A stretch of DNA of 64,000 nt, from the IMG/VR virus record IMGVR_UViG_3300009436_000023; one strand, given 5' to 3'. Positions 19,769 through 29,667 of this stretch are shown here, one piece after another. The notes beneath the pieces were generated by a model, which made no database searches, was not told the DNA's origin, and saw only the letters and a list, made by a program, of their open reading frames with translations. This stretch comes from an uncultured virus (IMG/VR IMGVR_UViG_3300009436_000023) (Duplodnaviria > Heunggongvirae > Uroviricota > Caudoviricetes). A program made the translations under genes and the position numbers. How positions within the stretch are numbered: position 1 is the first letter of the stretch; each line of letters starts with the position of its first letter.

Positions 19769-21163
19769 TCAAACAAGCGTCCCACCATCATCAGAACCAT
19801 CATCTTGTGATGCAATTCCTTCGCCACTAGCAGAAGGAAGGTCTGCGGGGGCTACATCTGTACTTAATGTCACTGGTTCTGGTGCTTCCACCTTACTTGC
19901 ACCTTTAGAAGCCTCAGCGGTTGCAATGTCACCATCAGCATGTGCGTCAGCCGCACCACCTTCAGCCATACGAACAATTTCATCCACGTAAACAGTATCG
20001 CCTTTAACATGAAGATTTCCATCAGAACCAAGTGTCAATACCCCACCCCTCATATCGGCAGTACCTGTACCAATGATATTAAGATCAGCCGACTTGATGT
20101 TCATTTCTGTCGTGGCAAACAAATTCATGTTATTGCCCTTGACATTCATATTTTGTGTTGCTTCTGCCCAAACGAATGGTGCTTTTGCATACCAACCAAT
20201 ACCAGCCTCAGTCTGTAGTTCTTTCTCAGCCTTGATAGACATAGTACCCACATTAGCTTCCATCTTAACATCAGCACCACGAATTTGTACTTGGTTGCCA
20301 GCTTGCATTGTTGATTGACCACCAACAGAAAGGAGATGATTGCCATGTACTAGCTGTTGTAAGTCGCCATTTATCTCTTCGATTTTATTGCCGTTTACAT
20401 GTACGTAGCTGTTGCCGTTAATTGTAACTGTACTCATGCCACCAACATATACGTGTTGGTTTCTATCGTTTACTTCATACTTATCGCTAACTGATTTATC
20501 GCATTTGGTTCCAGCACTATCTACTTGAACATAAGACCCCGACGTGTGCCAGATCATAATTCTCTCAGAACCAGGGGTGCTATCTATTTCAATCGAGTTT
20601 GCACCAGAATGAATAACTCTGTTAAATCCATATGTTGCGTTGTATGCTGTTGGGGGTTCTGACCACGTTCTTGAATCACTATCATCTCCACCAACTCTCA
20701 CATCTCTAGTACGCATAGTTTGCTGTTGCAGAACATAAGTCTCATCAATGTACTCGCCACGAACAAGTCTGTGATTTTGAGGTTGACCAAAACTTTCTGG
20801 GTCTGAACCTTCTGCACGTAATGCGCCATTATCTCTTGGTAACGCACCCCATCCATCCACCTCAGGGTTCATAACTTTAGTCATCTGTGATGGTATCACA
20901 CCAATTATCATTGGCTGTTGTGCGCCACGTCCATCAATGAAGAAACCAAATACCCAAGAGTTTGTCTTTGGCACAATATTAACATCGTAACCGCCGTGGA
21001 TACATATAGCCCAAGGCAAGTCCTCTGTAGCAACATCACTATTAGTTCCATGAATACCAAAGGCTCTTACTTTAACCCGACCCTCTTTACGCGGATCGTC
21101 ATTATCTTCGATAACCCCAACAAACCATAATGGGTCTTTAATTCCTAATCCATAATCACTCAT
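19769..21163 (-). CDS. gp5: baseplate hub/spike protein gp5, no lysozyme domain evident
   Basis: WFVGVIEDNDDPRKEGRVKVRAFGIH..DLPWA..WVFGFFIDG..QQPMIIG OB-fold; EIDSTPGSERI..H.SG; beta-helix repeats. Confidence 0.9.
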   Translation of the reverse strand: MSDYGLGIKDPLWFVGVIEDNDDPRKEGRVKVRAFGIHGTNSDVATEDLPWAICIHGGYDVNIVPKTNSWVFGFFIDGRGAQQPMIIGVIPSQMTKVMNPEVDGWGALPRDNGALRAEGSDPESFGQPQNHRLVRGEYIDETYVLQQQTMRTRDVRVGGDDSDSRTWSEPPTAYNATYGFNRVIHSGANSIEIDSTPGSERIMIWHTSGSYVQVDSAGTKCDKSVSDKYEVNDRNQHVYVGGMSTVTINGNSYVHVNGNKIEEINGDLQQLVHGNHLLSVGGQSTMQAGNQVQIRGADVKMEANVGTMSIKAEKELQTEAGIGWYAKAPFVWAEATQNMNVKGNNMNLFATTEMNIKSADLNIIGTGTADMRGGVLTLGSDGNLHVKGDTVYVDEIVRMAEGGAADAHADGDIATAEASKGASKVEAPEPVTLSTDVAPADLPSASGEGIASQDDGSDDGGTLV

Positions 21164-22541
21164 CTACTTCACCTTTGCTCCAGTCAAACTTGACCAATTT
21201 AATTACTGCGCTCAAAACATTCTGATCGTCACGGACGTGTCGAGTTTTTTCCACTAAGTATCTACCACTAAGCGTTTCATTGCGAGACAAGTTGCTGATG
21301 CCATCCAAAGACTTGATGTCAAAATTTACAATCATACCGGGCATAATATCTAGTCTGCCTTTCATAATACAAGACAGTTGTGTATTATGAAGGTGTTCAT
21401 GGTAAGAAATCCTATTAGAAATAATTTGTGAGACGAACCTTTCTGTATGCAATGAACTTGGTATATCCCCACTTTGTTGGTAATCTTTAAAAACCATAAA
21501 GTCTTTTGCGTTTTCATCAGTGAATGTGTCTTCTCTGAATTGCGCTGTGTGTGGATTGTCTGCAAGATTGCGTGGATTGCCTGACATATCAATGTACTTT
21601 GCATCCGTCGAGAAGTCGAATGGATAAACGTTTACTTCTCTTCTCACAAGATCAATTTCGGTTACCTTGTTTCGATAAGAACCAGAGAACATGTCAGACG
21701 CAGTGTCGATGCCTTTTGATATGATTGTAAACTCTTCAACCCTGTTTACTTGTTCATTGGGATCAGTCCCCTCAACAGAAGCTGCTGGCGAATAGAATAG
21801 ATCAATAAGGTCACTGGTTCTCGCACTCTTAATAAAATATTCGTCAGTTGCAAAATAAAAGTTTTTTAAAGTCTCAAAGAACTTAAATGAGTTTGAAGGC
21901 GTTTCTGGTTGATATGCTTGAGTGTATAGAAAATTCATAGCTTCTGTTGGTATCATATTTGGTATGACACACCTAGTAGTGTTCATAGTTGGTTGTACAA
22001 AAAAGCTTCTTTCTGGTTCCTCAGAGATAGTGTGCCTTGCAGTTGCAAACTCATTAACTCTATTTCCATTATCTGGATCAAGATAGTTCGTCGAACCTAG
22101 ACTCGCAAAATATGTATTGAAAACTTTTTTGGCAATATCACTGACGGAACTATCGTATGCCTTAGTAATTCTTCTCTTTGATGCATTGTAAGAAATGTTA
22201 GAAACGAAGTTAATGTTATACACTACCTGACTAGAACTTTCACTCGCTTGAATATTATCAATTCTAAATACGTGGGTTTTTAGGTTGACTTCAGTATTCA
22301 AATCAAAAGCTTTGATCTTGAGTTCAAGCATTTCTTCTGATCTCAGAGGAAAACCTTCGAGAAACCCAACAGTATCTTGAATAGTAATGCTACCATTATA
22401 GCTACCCGCATCCATAGACTGAGAAATCTCAAACTTAGTCACCATATTTGCTATGTCTTCTTTTTTGTTCCCAGAATGTGAAGTTATAACAGCGTTTAGA
22501 ACCTCACATACAGATGGAGCAAATTCACCAGTACCTGCCAT
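21156..22541 (-). CDS. baseplate hub protein, gp27-like
   Basis: FKFFET..FYF and C-terminal PG.IV....LSGRYLVEKTRH typical of hub proteins; immediately upstream of gp5. Confidence 0.6.
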   Translation of the reverse strand: MAGTGEFAPSVCEVLNAVITSHSGNKKEDIANMVTKFEISQSMDAGSYNGSITIQDTVGFLEGFPLRSEEMLELKIKAFDLNTEVNLKTHVFRIDNIQASESSSQVVYNINFVSNISYNASKRRITKAYDSSVSDIAKKVFNTYFASLGSTNYLDPDNGNRVNEFATARHTISEEPERSFFVQPTMNTTRCVIPNMIPTEAMNFLYTQAYQPETPSNSFKFFETLKNFYFATDEYFIKSARTSDLIDLFYSPAASVEGTDPNEQVNRVEEFTIISKGIDTASDMFSGSYRNKVTEIDLVRREVNVYPFDFSTDAKYIDMSGNPRNLADNPHTAQFREDTFTDENAKDFMVFKDYQQSGDIPSSLHTERFVSQIISNRISYHEHLHNTQLSCIMKGRLDIMPGMIVNFDIKSLDGISNLSRNETLSGRYLVEKTRHVRDDQNVLSAVIKLVKFDWSKGEVDE

Positions 22542-22798
22542 TAGCTACTTCTCATCTTTTTAATAAAACTAGATGATATTTGTGGGAGGAATTGGTTATC
22601 AACCAAGAATATTTCTTTCTTGTTGTTATTATCAACTAATTCTTGGTCGTAAATTTTCCAAGGCTTCCATTCATCTGGAATAATTCTTTTGATAATAATT
22701 TTACGACCTTGCTCAGTACGCAAGATGATACGATCCTCTTTGCGAAGGTAAATCGTTCTAAACGATTCTGGGGCTAGTTTTACAATATCTACTGCCAT
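22541..22798 (-). CDS. C-terminal part of split gp53
   Basis: YDQELVDNNNKKEIFLVDNQFLPQI resembles the gp53 C-terminus; in frame with the upstream ORF; GAGGTG Shine-Dalgarno. Confidence 0.6.
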   Translation of the reverse strand: MAVDIVKLAPESFRTIYLRKEDRIILRTEQGRKIIIKRIIPDEWKPWKIYDQELVDNNNKKEIFLVDNQFLPQISSSFIKKMRSS

Positions 22799-22801
22799 TG
22801 A

Positions 22802-23176
22802 TTACACCTCTTTATAATAATAGATGATATTTTCATCATTATCATCTCTAGTCCAATCAACGATATCTTCGCCAATCAAGCCTGATTGCTCACCGTACTT
22901 ATCGATGAGGTAGTTGTTAAAATCTGCTTCCGATTTAGGCCATTCGTGATATGGGTCCATAATGTTATTAGAATGATAAACCAACCATGTGAAATCAGTA
23001 GACCCATAATAGAACTCAGCAACATCTTCTGGTCTTTGCCCTTCTTTAATCGTATATGGCAAATGAAGAAGTGGGTTGTTGGAAACTTCTTTAGTGAAGC
23101 TACTTCTGCGTGTGATGTCACGCACTAACCTACCTTCATATTCTATTACTGGAAATTGCTTAAAATATTTAGTCAT
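22802..23176 (-). CDS. gp53: baseplate wedge subunit gp53, N-terminal part
   Basis: YFKQFPVIEY..YTIKEGQRPEDVAEFYYGS..WLV..N.I.DPYHEWP LysM-like gp53 signature. Confidence 0.85.
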   Translation of the reverse strand: MTKYFKQFPVIEYEGRLVRDITRRSSFTKEVSNNPLLHLPYTIKEGQRPEDVAEFYYGSTDFTWLVYHSNNIMDPYHEWPKSEADFNNYLIDKYGEQSGLIGEDIVDWTRDDNDENIIYYYKEV

Positions 23177-24198
23177 TATGGTACGTTCCCTTCAGAAACT
23201 GCTGTGTCATGCAATACACTCTGTTGGATGTCATTAGATTCTGTGCCGTAATCATGTGCTGTTTCAATTTCTAATTCTTGGAATGACATTGAAATTTGAA
23301 CACCAGCAGGCTTACCACCCTTCATGATAGCAACGCCACCACCCGCTCCATAATCAACAGTAAATTGAGTAACCATAGATGTTTTGAACTTAATAAAGTG
23401 GTCTTCATTAACACCAAGTAAATACAGATCAACTGTAGATGGGTATTGCAAGAACGCTTTAGATATTCCTGCCAAGTCAGTAACTGTGGGCAAAGAGTTC
23501 TTTTTAACCATGTGTACAATATTGCGAATACGTTCTGAATCAGTTTGGTTGCTAGGGAAAAGCTCCCAAGTGAATTGATGGCTTCTCAAATTCACACCTT
23601 CGAACGCAAGGGTTTCTCTTGGGTTCAATGTTTGATTAGTGGCGATGTCAACAGACTTGCCCATTGTTCCTGACATTAGTGGGCTATTTCGTAATAGGTA
23701 TTGAGCGCCTGATGCAACATCTGTAATGGAAGTACCCAGAAATTTACCTGCAATACTATTAAGACCACCACTTACACTGCCACCAGACAAAGCCGATGCC
23801 AAGTCAGCACCAGATGATTGAAGTAGCCCTGGGACATCGGAGACGTCACCACCAGAAGCAAATGATGCTAGTTTAGATGCGATAGTTTCAACGAATGGAT
23901 CGCGTTCAAAACCATTTATTCTCAAATCAGTTGCGTCTTGAAGATTTTTTGGGAACGGCAATTCAATAGCATTTGCAGACCTCAAGCCTACGCCAGAAGC
24001 CCTTCCACCACGTGTCACCTTAGTATCATCACGAGTATTAAAACCATCTGCAAATTTAGCGTAATCATATTTCTTAAATACCATCAACATGCTATGTGGA
24101 TGTGGCTGTGCTGGAAATGATTGATAAGAAGTTCTGCTTTCGCCCAACTTTCTTCTTTCGAAGACTTCTGGTCTATTATGTCTGATGCCGTTGAACAT
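23176..24198 (-). CDS. gp48: baseplate tail-tube cap gp48
   Basis: LNPRETLAFEGVNLRSHQFTWELFPSN..ES..I..I and FLQYP..SFQELE motifs. Confidence 0.85.
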   Translation of the reverse strand: MFNGIRHNRPEVFERRKLGESRTSYQSFPAQPHPHSMLMVFKKYDYAKFADGFNTRDDTKVTRGGRASGVGLRSANAIELPFPKNLQDATDLRINGFERDPFVETIASKLASFASGGDVSDVPGLLQSSGADLASALSGGSVSGGLNSIAGKFLGTSITDVASGAQYLLRNSPLMSGTMGKSVDIATNQTLNPRETLAFEGVNLRSHQFTWELFPSNQTDSERIRNIVHMVKKNSLPTVTDLAGISKAFLQYPSTVDLYLLGVNEDHFIKFKTSMVTQFTVDYGAGGGVAIMKGGKPAGVQISMSFQELEIETAHDYGTESNDIQQSVLHDTAVSEGNVP

Positions 24199-24220
24199 TG
24201 AGAATCCCTGACTGTTTTCT

Positions 24221-24250
24221 TATAAATAGTATTGTATAAGTCTATTTATA
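24221..24250. promoter_or_regulatory. pair of opposed T4 late promoters: TATAAATA at 24221-24228 (+, gp4) and 24243-24250 (-, gp48)
   Basis: Two exact TATAAATA boxes in the gap between divergent late operons. Confidence 0.8.
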
Positions 24251-24279
24251 TAACACTGAGAGGTTAATTTTATTATATC

Positions 24280-24738
24280 ATGGCACATAGTGGTAGATTT
24301 CGTCCAAAAAACCCTTCTAAATACAAGGGCGACCCAACAAAGATCATTTATCGGTCTATGTGGGAGTTCAAGTTCTTTAGATACGTGGACATTCACCCTG
24401 ATGTATTGTGGTGGCAGTCGGAAGAAGTTGTAGTTCCTTACATGTCTCCTATTGACGGAAGACGCCATAGGTACTATCCTGATGTAATTGTCAACAAGAA
24501 AACTGGCGATGGCACGTCTGCAACTATAATGATTGAGATTAAACCTTATGCACAAACAAGACCGCCTGATAGGTCTAAGAAGAACGCTACCAAGACTGGT
24601 AGAATATCAAGGAAGTATTTGAATGAGGTTAAAACCTTTGGGATTAATGATGCAAAATGGAAAGCCGCTAGGAAATTCTGCGCTCAGCGTGGGTGGCAAT
24701 TTGTTATTTACACAGAAAAAGAACTGGGAATAAAATAA
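24280..24738 (+). CDS. gp4: head completion nuclease gp4
   Basis: GRFRPKNPSKYKGDPTKIIYRSMWE..W.SEE..PY.SP.DGR.HRYYPD..IEIKP..N.AKWKAA. Confidence 0.95.
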   Translation: MAHSGRFRPKNPSKYKGDPTKIIYRSMWEFKFFRYVDIHPDVLWWQSEEVVVPYMSPIDGRRHRYYPDVIVNKKTGDGTSATIMIEIKPYAQTRPPDRSKKNATKTGRISRKYLNEVKTFGINDAKWKAARKFCAQRGWQFVIYTEKELGIK

Positions 24739-24739
24739 A

Positions 24740-25357
24740 ATGGTAGCAAAAGTATTCGACGATATCCTCTTGAAAGGTATTAGATCAGGACAAATGCCTG
24801 CTCGTACCCAAGAAGCACGTAAGTGGTATCGTGATCAAGCCGCAACTGTTACTAAGAAACAGGCTGAGGGAACAAAGCTAATCAAAGAGATGGGCAGAGA
24901 TCGTTATGAAAACAGATTTAGGTTGGGCAACATGTATACATTCATGTACGATCCTAAGCATAAAGCTGACAAATCTAAATTACCATATTATGATAACTAT
25001 CCGCTAATTTTTCCCATAAATAAAGCAAAGGGTGGGTTCTTAGGAATCAACCTACACTATTTACCACCTGTGTTAAGAGCAAAGTTAATGGATGCTCTAT
25101 ATGACACGGCGAACAACAAGAGTTACACAGAAGCGACTAAACTAAAAATAAATTATGATATATTATCGGGCGCGGCAAAGTTCAACATGTTCAAGCCCAC
25201 AGTGAAGCACTACTTGATGAGCCAAGTAAGAACAAAGTTTGTTTATATCCAACCCACTGAGTGGGATATCGCATTGTTCTTACCAAGCCAAAAGTTTGTT
25301 GGAGCTACCAAAGCACAAGTCTGGAAAGATTCCAGAGCTATCATAAAGGGCAGATAA
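24740..25357 (+). CDS. gp2: DNA end protector protein gp2
   Basis: G.MY.F.YDPKHK..LPYYD.YPLIF..GFLGINLHYLPP..RA.L..K.YL..V motifs. Confidence 0.95.
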   Translation: MVAKVFDDILLKGIRSGQMPARTQEARKWYRDQAATVTKKQAEGTKLIKEMGRDRYENRFRLGNMYTFMYDPKHKADKSKLPYYDNYPLIFPINKAKGGFLGINLHYLPPVLRAKLMDALYDTANNKSYTEATKLKINYDILSGAAKFNMFKPTVKHYLMSQVRTKFVYIQPTEWDIALFLPSQKFVGATKAQVWKDSRAIIKGR

Positions 25358-26151
25358 TGGCGTTTAGCATATCAGATTTTAAAACACAGATGGATCGCTT
25401 TGGCGGTCCTTCACGCAGTTCGCTATTCGAAGTTACAATTGTCAACTTTCCGTTCAACACATCATCAGCAGATTCGAGAGACTTGACATTCTTTTGCAAG
25501 AACGTGGCTATCCCAGGACTTACTATTGGTATGGCGTCATACGAAGCAGTGGCACAACAAAGAAAAATGATGCCAACTAGCTTAAACCCAGAACCAGTAC
25601 AAGCAATCTTTATGTTGGACTCTGATGCACAGATGCTCACATTCTTCCATTCATGGGCGCAAAGAATTGTAAACTACTCTACGGCAGGAGGACCTTTTTC
25701 ACAAGTTGATGGAATGCTCCCATTCGAAATTGGATACAAAGATGAATACGCCTGTCGTGTCATAATTAAACACTATTCGGCTGATTATCTCGACACTGGT
25801 AGATACTACGAAACCATTTTGGATAACGCATTTCCAGGTATGATGGGGGATGTGGACTTAGCTTGGGAAAACACAGATAGTTTTGCTGTCCTTCCAGTTA
25901 GCTTCCAATATGACAGAATACAACTATCTGGAGAAAGAGTTGGTTCACCATCATCACGTTTCAACCGTGGAAATGGACTCATAGACTTGATCGACAATAT
26001 TGGTGAATTGGGTCAAATGATAGGATCAAACATAGTACCACGTGGAATACAAGACGCGGTTAATAAGTACACTAGAATAAGCAACGATTTTGATAACGTA
26101 TCAAGAAAAGTGAACGACATTAGCTCACTAAGCAGACGTATATTCGGATGA
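25357..26151 (+). CDS. tail tube initiator, gp54/gp19-like
   Basis: Start MAFSISDFK overlaps the gp2 stop (TAATG); R..LFEVTI, FFCKNVAIPG and NAFP..V.F.Y tube-fold motifs. Confidence 0.7.
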   Translation: MAFSISDFKTQMDRFGGPSRSSLFEVTIVNFPFNTSSADSRDLTFFCKNVAIPGLTIGMASYEAVAQQRKMMPTSLNPEPVQAIFMLDSDAQMLTFFHSWAQRIVNYSTAGGPFSQVDGMLPFEIGYKDEYACRVIIKHYSADYLDTGRYYETILDNAFPGMMGDVDLAWENTDSFAVLPVSFQYDRIQLSGERVGSPSSRFNRGNGLIDLIDNIGELGQMIGSNIVPRGIQDAVNKYTRISNDFDNVSRKVNDISSLSRRIFG

Positions 26152-26172
26152 TCATGAAAGGAAATTTATATC

Positions 26173-26874
26173 ATGCCACTACCTAAAATTGACATACCTA
26201 TTTTTGAGATGGAATTGCCATCAACAAAAAAGAAATTAAAGTACAGACCATTTACCGTTAAAGAAGAAAAAATTCTTTTGGTTGCACAAGAATCAAACGA
26301 TGCAGAACAAGAAATTCTAGCGGCTAGGCAAGTGGTTACCAACTGTATTATTGATGAGGACATATCTAAATTTGCTATGTTTGATTTGGAATATGTACTT
26401 CTGGTGCTGAGGTCACGATCTGTTGATAACACAATCACATTTCAAATCAAAGACCCAGAAACAGAAGAGACAATTCAGTTAGAAATTGATGCAGATAATG
26501 TCAAGTTTATGGAAGACGAATCTCATACTAATAAAATTGAACTTGATGACACATATAGTCTTTTTCTAAAATACCCAACGATAGATGAGTTTACAGCGAT
26601 TATTAAGATGGATGAGGGCGACCCATTGGTAAACTATTTTGTTATGATTTCATGTTTGGACTACATCGCATCTGAGGATGAAGTTCACTATTTCAAAGAT
26701 TATGAAAATACTGACATTGACGCATTTATGGATAATCTTGATGGCGGTGTAATTAAGAAAATACAATCATTTTTCGAAACAATGCCAAAGCTAAGACATG
26801 AGATGAAGTATAAGAATAAAGAAGGTAAAGATAAAACATTTGTAATAGAAGGAATGCGTAGTTTTTTTATCTAA
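26173..26874 (+). CDS. gp26: baseplate hub assembly protein gp26
   Basis: MPLPKI..P.F..ELPSTKK..YRPFTVKEEKILL.A.ES..FDLEY..L.LRSRSV..FFETMPKL..IEG..SFF. Confidence 0.9.
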   Translation: MPLPKIDIPIFEMELPSTKKKLKYRPFTVKEEKILLVAQESNDAEQEILAARQVVTNCIIDEDISKFAMFDLEYVLLVLRSRSVDNTITFQIKDPETEETIQLEIDADNVKFMEDESHTNKIELDDTYSLFLKYPTIDEFTAIIKMDEGDPLVNYFVMISCLDYIASEDEVHYFKDYENTDIDAFMDNLDGGVIKKIQSFFETMPKLRHEMKYKNKEGKDKTFVIEGMRSFFI

Positions 26875-27047
26875 TGTTGAGCCACACAAACTTGGGCAAT
26901 TACTATCAAACCGTATTTGCTATGGTTCAGCATCATAAATACTCAATATCAGATGTAGAAGGTTTGCTACCATATGAACGTGATTTATATTTTGGGATGT
27001 TGGTTGACCATATAGAAAAACAGAACGAATCGCAGAAGAACCAATAA
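26874..27047 (+). CDS. gp51: baseplate hub assembly catalyst gp51 (57 aa)
   Basis: Read manually: MLSHTNLGNYYQTVFAMVQHHKYSISDVEGLLPYERDLYFGMLVDHIEKQNESQKNQ; gp51-type motif; overlaps the gp26 stop; below the ORF-track cutoff. Confidence 0.85.
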   Translation: MLSHTNLGNYYQTVFAMVQHHKYSISDVEGLLPYERDLYFGMLVDHIEKQNESQKNQ

Positions 27048-27056
27048 GGATAAGAC

Positions 27057-28877
27057 ATGGCAAAATTGTCGGAAGAAACACAAGCAATAATTGACCGCCT
27101 AAAAGCAGAGGGTGAGTTGAGCCGTAATCGTGGTACGCATTCTGTTCGTTCTGTAAAAATACAACTCGACAGGTTCGAGGGTATATTTAAATCTATTAGT
27201 GCGAACTCAGCAGAACAAACTAAGATGATGCAAATGCAATTGGGCATGGCTAAACGAGCCGTTGAATTTCAAAAGAACCAAGAGCAGTTCGACGAACTAA
27301 AACGAGATGCTGAGGTCATCCAAGAAGAAAACCTTTCAGAAGGTAAAGGCAGAGACAACACTAAAATTGACAAGTTTGGGGATGCAGTAAAAAGTGCATT
27401 TAGCATGAAAAATCTTGCCATAGGTGCTGCTGGCTTGTTTGTGGGGTATAACGTATTAAAAGGTTTCATAGATGAGAAGACCAATGGTGGGTTCACAAAA
27501 TTTATAGATTCATTCAAGGATATTAATTGGGAAGGTTTCAAAGAAAAGTTTAACGGTATGATAGCGGCTCTTACTACATTTGAAGAATGGTTAGGGAACC
27601 TACCTAATCTTTTGATTGGTGGTGGTATGGTAGGTTTTGCGGCTAGGCAAGCCGCTTTTGGATTAGCATCAGGTGTGAACAACAGGGGAGGACCTAGAGG
27701 ACCTAGAGCGCCTTTGGCTGGTTTGGGTGGCATCAGAGGTACAATTCTTACCGCTGTCACAGGATTGGCTATTGCTTATGGTAGTAAGGTAGAAGAATAT
27801 CTGATCGAACAAGCTGGCGTAGACCCAGATGTCGCAAACTTTGCAGTAGATGCAACTCAAGCAGTTCTTGGTGGGGCTACTTTAGCAATGATGTTTGGTC
27901 TTGGTCCTACTGGCATGATAATTGTGGCGGCTGTTGGTCTTGCTTTCGTTGTAGGCAAAACAATTTACAATTGGATTAAAGAAAATGAAGCTAAAGCCGC
28001 CGCCGAAGCGCAAAGAAGGCTTTCTTTGTTAGACGAAATATTTGGCAATGAAAGTGGAACTGGTGGTGATGTAGGTGGTATTATTGATGATGCGGGTGCT
28101 ACCGATTCATCTGCCCTAGTCCCTGCAATGAAAACACAAGAAGCAATGGCACTTGCATTGAATAACGGAACACTAACAGAAGATATGATTGTAAATGCGT
28201 TAGAAGACCCAGCAGCCAAACAAGCGGTGGGAGAAGCAATCGCGGCGGCTGTTGACGATAAAGCTATTCAAAATGGGGCAAGCATCAGAAATCTTTTGAA
28301 CAATACTACAGAGGAATTGATAGGTTCACTTGGAGAGGACAGAGATGATGTCAACTTAGATCAACTACTTGAAGGATTTCAAACAACGTTACGCAGTGAT
28401 AACCCAGAAATAAGAGGGTTGGCGGCTCAAGCTTACCTGAGGTTAGTGGGACAAGCTGGCGAAAGCGGCGACCAAGTGATGCTCGGCATGGAAAACTTTG
28501 GTGCTTTGACACCATCACAACAAGCATTTTTTACATCAATGGCTGAATTTAATGGCACATCATTTCGTAGGGGTTCTGGTGGCTTCCGAAACTTTGGCAA
28601 CGGAACTCTTTCGATGCTTCATGGTAATGAGGCTGTAATTAATGAAAGCTCACCAGAAGGTCAGTTCTTAAGAATGTTTGAAACTGTTGTTAAGAACAGA
28701 AGTGTAGGTGGTATGGAAGCAACAAGTGGCGTGACCGTGATCAATGCACCACAGAACAATCCAGTTACAGTAAACAACGTCCAAGGTGCGCAATCTCAAA
28801 ATAGTTTGTCAGTTATTGGTGGTGGTGGTAGCGGTCACACTGTGAATCAAAACTTTCTACCTTACTTTTCAAATTAA
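27057..28877 (+). CDS. tape-measure/gp29-like protein
   Basis: Helical, Ala/Gly-rich with hydrophobic segments; C-terminal MLHGNEAVI motif seen in tape-measure proteins; follows gp26-gp51. Confidence 0.55.
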   Translation: MAKLSEETQAIIDRLKAEGELSRNRGTHSVRSVKIQLDRFEGIFKSISANSAEQTKMMQMQLGMAKRAVEFQKNQEQFDELKRDAEVIQEENLSEGKGRDNTKIDKFGDAVKSAFSMKNLAIGAAGLFVGYNVLKGFIDEKTNGGFTKFIDSFKDINWEGFKEKFNGMIAALTTFEEWLGNLPNLLIGGGMVGFAARQAAFGLASGVNNRGGPRGPRAPLAGLGGIRGTILTAVTGLAIAYGSKVEEYLIEQAGVDPDVANFAVDATQAVLGGATLAMMFGLGPTGMIIVAAVGLAFVVGKTIYNWIKENEAKAAAEAQRRLSLLDEIFGNESGTGGDVGGIIDDAGATDSSALVPAMKTQEAMALALNNGTLTEDMIVNALEDPAAKQAVGEAIAAAVDDKAIQNGASIRNLLNNTTEELIGSLGEDRDDVNLDQLLEGFQTTLRSDNPEIRGLAAQAYLRLVGQAGESGDQVMLGMENFGALTPSQQAFFTSMAEFNGTSFRRGSGGFRNFGNGTLSMLHGNEAVINESSPEGQFLRMFETVVKNRSVGGMEATSGVTVINAPQNNPVTVNNVQGAQSQNSLSVIGGGGSGHTVNQNFLPYFSN

Positions 28878-28907
28878 AAAAAGGGGGCGCTAAGCCCCCT
28901 CTTCTTT
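28876..28907. terminator. bidirectional intrinsic terminator
   Basis: A-tract, AGGGGGC-GCTAA-GCCCCCT hairpin, then CTTCTTT, between convergent genes. Confidence 0.85.
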
Positions 28908-29241
28908 ATGCAGACGCATTAATATGCGCCCTAAGTTTATCTGCAATCTTGGCAAAGTATTTACCACCCGCATAGATAGTTGGTTCATCATCCCAATGTC
29001 CTTCACGGTAATCGATGTCGGCACGGTTGTCGAGATCAGCACGGAACTCCTTTAGAATATTAATGTCTACCATCGTAGACTTCTTAATGTTACCAGACAG
29101 AAATTCGTCAAGGAACTCAACGTAGCTGTCACACAGAGACTTAGGCTCAATGCCTTCAGCACACTCAATGAAGTTTGACAATTCACTATGCACATAGTCT
29201 TTCTGACCACGCATGATAATTCCAAAAGGGATTTTACTCAT
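28906..29241 (-). CDS. hypothetical protein
   Basis: 111 aa; AAGGAG Shine-Dalgarno; own sigma70 promoter. Confidence 0.75.
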   Translation of the reverse strand: MSKIPFGIIMRGQKDYVHSELSNFIECAEGIEPKSLCDSYVEFLDEFLSGNIKKSTMVDINILKEFRADLDNRADIDYREGHWDDEPTIYAGGKYFAKIADKLRAHINASA

Positions 29242-29271
29242 ATATGTACTCCTTCGTACTGTTACTTTTAA

Positions 29272-29306
29272 ACTATACCAAATTGAGAAGGGGGTGTCAA
29301 CCCCCT
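29272..29306 (-). promoter_or_regulatory. sigma70 promoter TTGACA-17-TATAGT with the -35 in a hairpin loop
   Basis: Minus strand reads AGGGGG-TTGACA-CCCCCT-TCTCAATTTGG-TATAGT. Confidence 0.8.
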
Positions 29307-29310
29307 ATTT

Positions 29311-29562
29311 TTATGCCGCTTCCAACATTGAGAAAGGAACAGTGTAACGTGATCCACGCATAGACACGACAGCTTTCTTAGGGTTCATCTTTTCGATGAC
29401 GCCTTGAGTACGTTTTGTTTTCTGAACAACCCAAACTGAGTCACCAACATTAAAAGTGGCTTGAGCGCTAATCGCTTTGATCTGTTGAGCGATGTTCATG
29501 ATCTGTGACAACTCTGTTTGTGTCATTGTCATCATTGCGTTTTTGATTTCTGATACGTTCAT
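29311..29562 (-). CDS. hypothetical protein, SH3-like (FNVGDSVWV)
   Basis: 83 aa; AAGGA Shine-Dalgarno; own promoter. Confidence 0.7.
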   Translation of the reverse strand: MNVSEIKNAMMTMTQTELSQIMNIAQQIKAISAQATFNVGDSVWVVQKTKRTQGVIEKMNPKKAVVSMRGSRYTVPFSMLEAA

Positions 29563-29603
29563 TTTAATGTCCTTTCAAAGACTTTCGATTAACTTATACA
29601 TAC

Positions 29604-29632
29604 GTTATAGAATCATTGAAGGGTGCTGTCAA
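29604..29632 (-). promoter_or_regulatory. early promoter TTGACA-17(..GATTC)-TATAAC
   Basis: TTGACA GCACCCTTCAATGATTC TATAAC. Confidence 0.8.
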
Positions 29633-29667
29633 GCACTAAATGAACGTTATTTTAATTTAATTGGATT

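Noticed and set aside
22799..22804. Alternative genetic code suggested by the in-frame stop in gp53
   Set aside because: Other genes are intact under the standard code, and TAA, TGA and TAG all terminate conserved genes
877..23578. Numerous plus-strand ORFs (e.g. Pro-rich 1111-1401, 1927-2541, 6790-7170) opposite the structural genes
   Set aside because: Antisense shadows of well-supported minus-strand genes; the poly-Pro ORF mirrors glycine codons; no recognisable motifs
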